Source: Tubulanus polymorphus (lineage: Eukaryota; Animalia; Nemertea). From it: a stretch of 64,000 bases of DNA. A program made the position numbers and the translations under genes. Below the pieces are notes generated by a model. It made no database searches and was not told where the DNA came from. It worked only from the letters and a program-made list of their open reading frames with translations. The stretch covers positions 23,680,345 through 23,744,344 of the forward strand of contig NC_134028.1 of the NCBI RefSeq assembly GCF_964204645.1, given 5' to 3'. Positions 60,521 to 64,000 of the stretch are shown in pieces; the first letter of the stretch is position 1, and the number at the start of each line of letters is the position of its first letter.

Positions 60521-61133
60521 AGCGTTTTACATCGCTATCAAACGTATTTCTCGTTCACTCGTCTCATCGTACGTATCTAGAAGGTTTCGGGGCCCGGTTT
60601 ATACCGCGGATAGCCATCGGCTCGTGGAGACCGGTCCTTCGTTGTATCAATGATTATTTAATTACGTAACTTACATATTCTGTAGATCTTAAATTTCATT
60701 TCATCTTTGTGAACTTTTGACAGTTTTTTCAGACGATATTGATGAATATTCTACACCGACAATTTCATTAGGAAAACGTTATTACATATTTTGAAAAAAA
60801 AAATAACCAATACTTGATAAGTGATAAATTGAAATAAAAGTTTTTTTAGTCATTTGCGGATTGAAAATTTCCAAAACGTACATTGGATCGCATAGTGAAA
60901 CTGGAAAGTGCGAAACTCGTGCTCGAGCATCAATGAGCCTGTCATTTTTCAAATTGAAAGAAAGGGATATGAAACTTCAGTTGAACCTGGCGTTATCAAA
61001 CGACCCGCGCTTCAGTGTCAGATATGCGCAGTTCCTGAGTATTCTCAGGTAAACCGCGGAACCGGTCCCACTTGAATCTCTAAGTTCTATCGTTTCAGCG
61101 GTTTCAAAATCCCCGTCGATTGTCAGGTAAAGA

Positions 61134-61745
61134 ATGAGCCACAGTTACAACAAAAAGAGCTTCCAATGCCGTCGTGATACGCAGAAGAACAGCTATCGGA
61201 TTGTTTTTATGGGCGGTAAGGGCGTTGGGAAGACGGCCATTATCAAACGACATATACACAACGTGTTTCCGGTGCGACATGTACCGACCGTAGAAGATCT
61301 TTATCGCGTGGTGATGAAAACTAAAGATGACGGAACGAGGATGACGCTGGACATCCTGGACACAAGCGGCGACGGTCAGTTCCCGGCTATGCGTGCGTTG
61401 GCAATCCGCCAGAGTGACGCGTTCGTCCTTGTGTGCGCCGTCAATGACGAAGAAGACGTTATCATGACGTCATATGCGGAAGTAGCAAAACTTCGACAGA
61501 CGATTATCGATATTCGCGGCAAAACGGTTCCGATTATCGTCGTCGCCAATAAAAATGATGATAATCATTGGTTCGATAATCTGGTGACATTCGAAGCGAC
61601 AGTATTGATCGACTGGAACAACACTTTTCTCACGTGTTCGGCGAAGGAAAATTTGAACATTTCGAAGATATTTGAAGAAGTCGCTTCGCAAATCAAAAAA
61701 GCTACGTTACGTTGTGATGATGTGGAAACTGTTTATGAAGGCTAG
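61134..61745 (+). CDS. Ras-family small GTPase, RASD/Rhes/DIRAS-like, uninterrupted CDS, no CAAX
   Basis: G1 GGKGVGKT, G2 PTVEDLY, G3 DTSG followed by FPAMR (RASD/DIRAS signature), G4 NKND, G5 SAK; AATAAA at 61774 and 61819. Confidence 0.9.
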   Translation: MSHSYNKKSFQCRRDTQKNSYRIVFMGGKGVGKTAIIKRHIHNVFPVRHVPTVEDLYRVVMKTKDDGTRMTLDILDTSGDGQFPAMRALAIRQSDAFVLVCAVNDEEDVIMTSYAEVAKLRQTIIDIRGKTVPIIVVANKNDDNHWFDNLVTFEATVLIDWNNTFLTCSAKENLNISKIFEEVASQIKKATLRCDDVETVYEG

Positions 61746-62036
61746 GCTCTTTGATTATATTTTTATGGATTTGAATAAACTTTACAGTGATGCCACTTAA
61801 TGATGTATTTTATAAGGAAATAAAAAAGTTGTATAGCTATCTAATATAATGAAATAGTTGCTTTGAAGACACTAGAAATTTTGTTTTTTTCTGTATCTAG
61901 GAAAATTGAACAAAATACTGCAATCTGCAACGGACTCAAGATTCCAAGTTTTCATACCCTTTTACTATAGCAACGCAGAAAGTTGCTTGACAACGGGTTG
62001 CTGAACAACTACCGACATATAAAACAACTAATAAAA

Positions 62037-62249
62037 ATGAAGGGTATACTTGTAATTTTATGCGCTTATGGCTTACTTGTCGGTGCCCATGGAAATGCGT
62101 CGTATTTCAAGAGATACAGCCCACCCCGACATTCAAGGTGCGTTTACACACGAATTTCACCCAAGGCCGGGTACTGTTTATGGGAGAAAATGCCATATTC
62201 TAGTATTTGCGTCAGTAGGCCTAGCCAACGTACATCTCGTGACAAGTAA
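62037..62249 (+). CDS. Possible small secreted basic peptide (70 aa)
   Basis: AAAATG context; MKGILVILCAYGLLVGAHG looks like a signal peptide; 3 further Cys; no family recognised. Confidence 0.25.
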   Translation: MKGILVILCAYGLLVGAHGNASYFKRYSPPRHSRCVYTRISPKAGYCLWEKMPYSSICVSRPSQRTSRDK

Positions 62250-64000
62250 ATAATCATATCCCCTGGTAGCCATAAACATTGTAATGTACAAACAATACGG
62301 GACATTAGCGTAGCGTGAACGTATAGGACTGGGAGTGGGAGATTTAGCTCCGAATGTTTTTTTTTTAATGAAAATTCAGCTTCGTATTAGGCACTAGATT
62401 TCGTATCACACGACACGAGTTTCCTGTCAGTTCCATTGGCAGGAATCTCCAAGTTTAATCCAAAGCGAAAAAATATTCCACCGAAATGCATCTTTGTGGT
62501 CATTCTTAACAAGATTTCGTATATTCGTATTGCACGAGTTTTCTATCAGTCCGTTGTCAGGAATGTTCAATGAGCAGCTGTTAGTTCCAAGGACGTCAAT
62601 TTTCCACAATTAAAGACAGACATCTTTTCTAAAATGTTGTTGTTTTTTTTTTAAGTATACATTGCTACCCTGATGATCGAAAATTGAAGCAAATGAACCA
62701 GTATGACTTTGCCGACGTTCTCCCTCGGTAAAACATTTTTTGGGTCAAATTCTGAAATATATCGATCGTTTTCCAGCGCCGTGATTTTTGATTGAACGTC
62801 AGCCTAATAGTATATATAAATGCTTATCTCTATTCCTAGGAAGGCGACGGCACCGGCGCAGTTGAAATTGCATTACCGATAATCAACCAGATGGTGTATT
62901 CAACGATTACATCAATGAATGTATCATAATTATCAAATACATCTTATTAGCAAAGGAGGATTTCTTAGTTCGAGTCCAAACAACGTTTTTCTCTTTTATC
63001 GTAAAAATTTTTGATCCTAAATATGTCTCATCATTTGAAAGGAGTAAAAGAGTAATTTCGACTACATGTACCAGATAGCTCGGCAATATATTCTGTAATT
63101 GTGAAAATCGGTTACTGATCTTTATAGGCGCAAAGGCATAACATATTTTAAGATAGTAAAATGTCGCAATTAGAATGATAGATCACCACAATGATAAAAA
63201 AGCTAATTCCAATTCAGAAATGGTTTTTCATTTTCTGTGATTTCACTTTCTCATCTTCAACAAGCGATTCGGCCAAACTGGCCCGGGCGGATTTTCACAC
63301 ATAAATCACTCACTTGCAGCTGAAATTAAAATGCTGTACTGAAATAAGCACATCACGCAATAGCCGAATAAACACTCTAATCCTGGACCACTGTGGATAA
63401 TCGAAGAACAATTCGAATTGACACGCAATAATTTGACCCGTGCTTGAATATGCAGGCCTGGTCCGATGTCGTTGGTCAGGCAAAATTTGGCCAGGGCCAA
63501 ACGGGCTAGGGTCCATTTGGCACCCTTGTGAACGGTTTACCCGGGGGCCTAATCTGGCGCGAGCCTAAAACGCTCGTGTGATCGCGGTTTTTTGAAATAG
63601 CAACAAAGTGATCGTTGAAGTAGAAGCCGCGTGAGCAGCTGGTAATACAGCTGGCAAGCACTCAGCTCGTCTGCGATTTAACTGTATCGTTTGGGCTTGA
63701 TCGGAACTGAAATAATCGGGTAAATGAAATTGTTCGTTTTTTGCTGAGGAAAATTAAAAGTAAACTGTAACTGTAGGATTTATGAATTATGATTATCAGA
63801 CATGCATTAATTAGAGGAATAATTCTTATTCTGAGGGGCTTTGAAAGAAATTTTTGCTATTTTAGAATTTTTTTAGGTGTAGACAAAACGGAATGATTTC
63901 TAGACGAGTTTTCATCTGTGTCGTCTGCTGGTTGGTTTTCATAATAATTTGTTTCATCCATCTGCAAAGAAATGACGGATTCAAAGGGAAAATCAGGACT

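Overview
This is AT-rich eukaryotic (invertebrate animal) genomic DNA, not a prokaryotic window. About 54 kb is one + strand gene, Sidekick (sdk). I reconstructed 33 coding exons by hand with GT-AG boundaries and consistent phases: signal peptide, 6 Ig, 13 FN3, transmembrane helix, and a cytoplasmic tail ending in the diagnostic ...GFSSFV* PDZ motif (about 2,136 aa from ATG 3206). The most striking feature is a second, highly divergent but intact exon (49258-49489) for the C-terminal part of FN3 repeat 10. It has the same 0-1 phase as the canonical exon (50894-51119), so it is a candidate mutually exclusive (Dscam-like) or secreted-isoform exon. FN3 repeat 11 carries an RRRRKR furin-type site. 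Downstream lie an intronless-CDS RASD/DIRAS-like small GTPase without a CAAX box and a weak candidate secreted-peptide ORF. The introns hold several MITE families (Harbinger-, piggyBac- and hAT-like), including one element found twice, in opposite orientations, at the same TTA of another MITE. They also hold tRNA-derived SINE heads, minisatellites and CTCF-like motifs. All calls come from manual reading; no searches were run.
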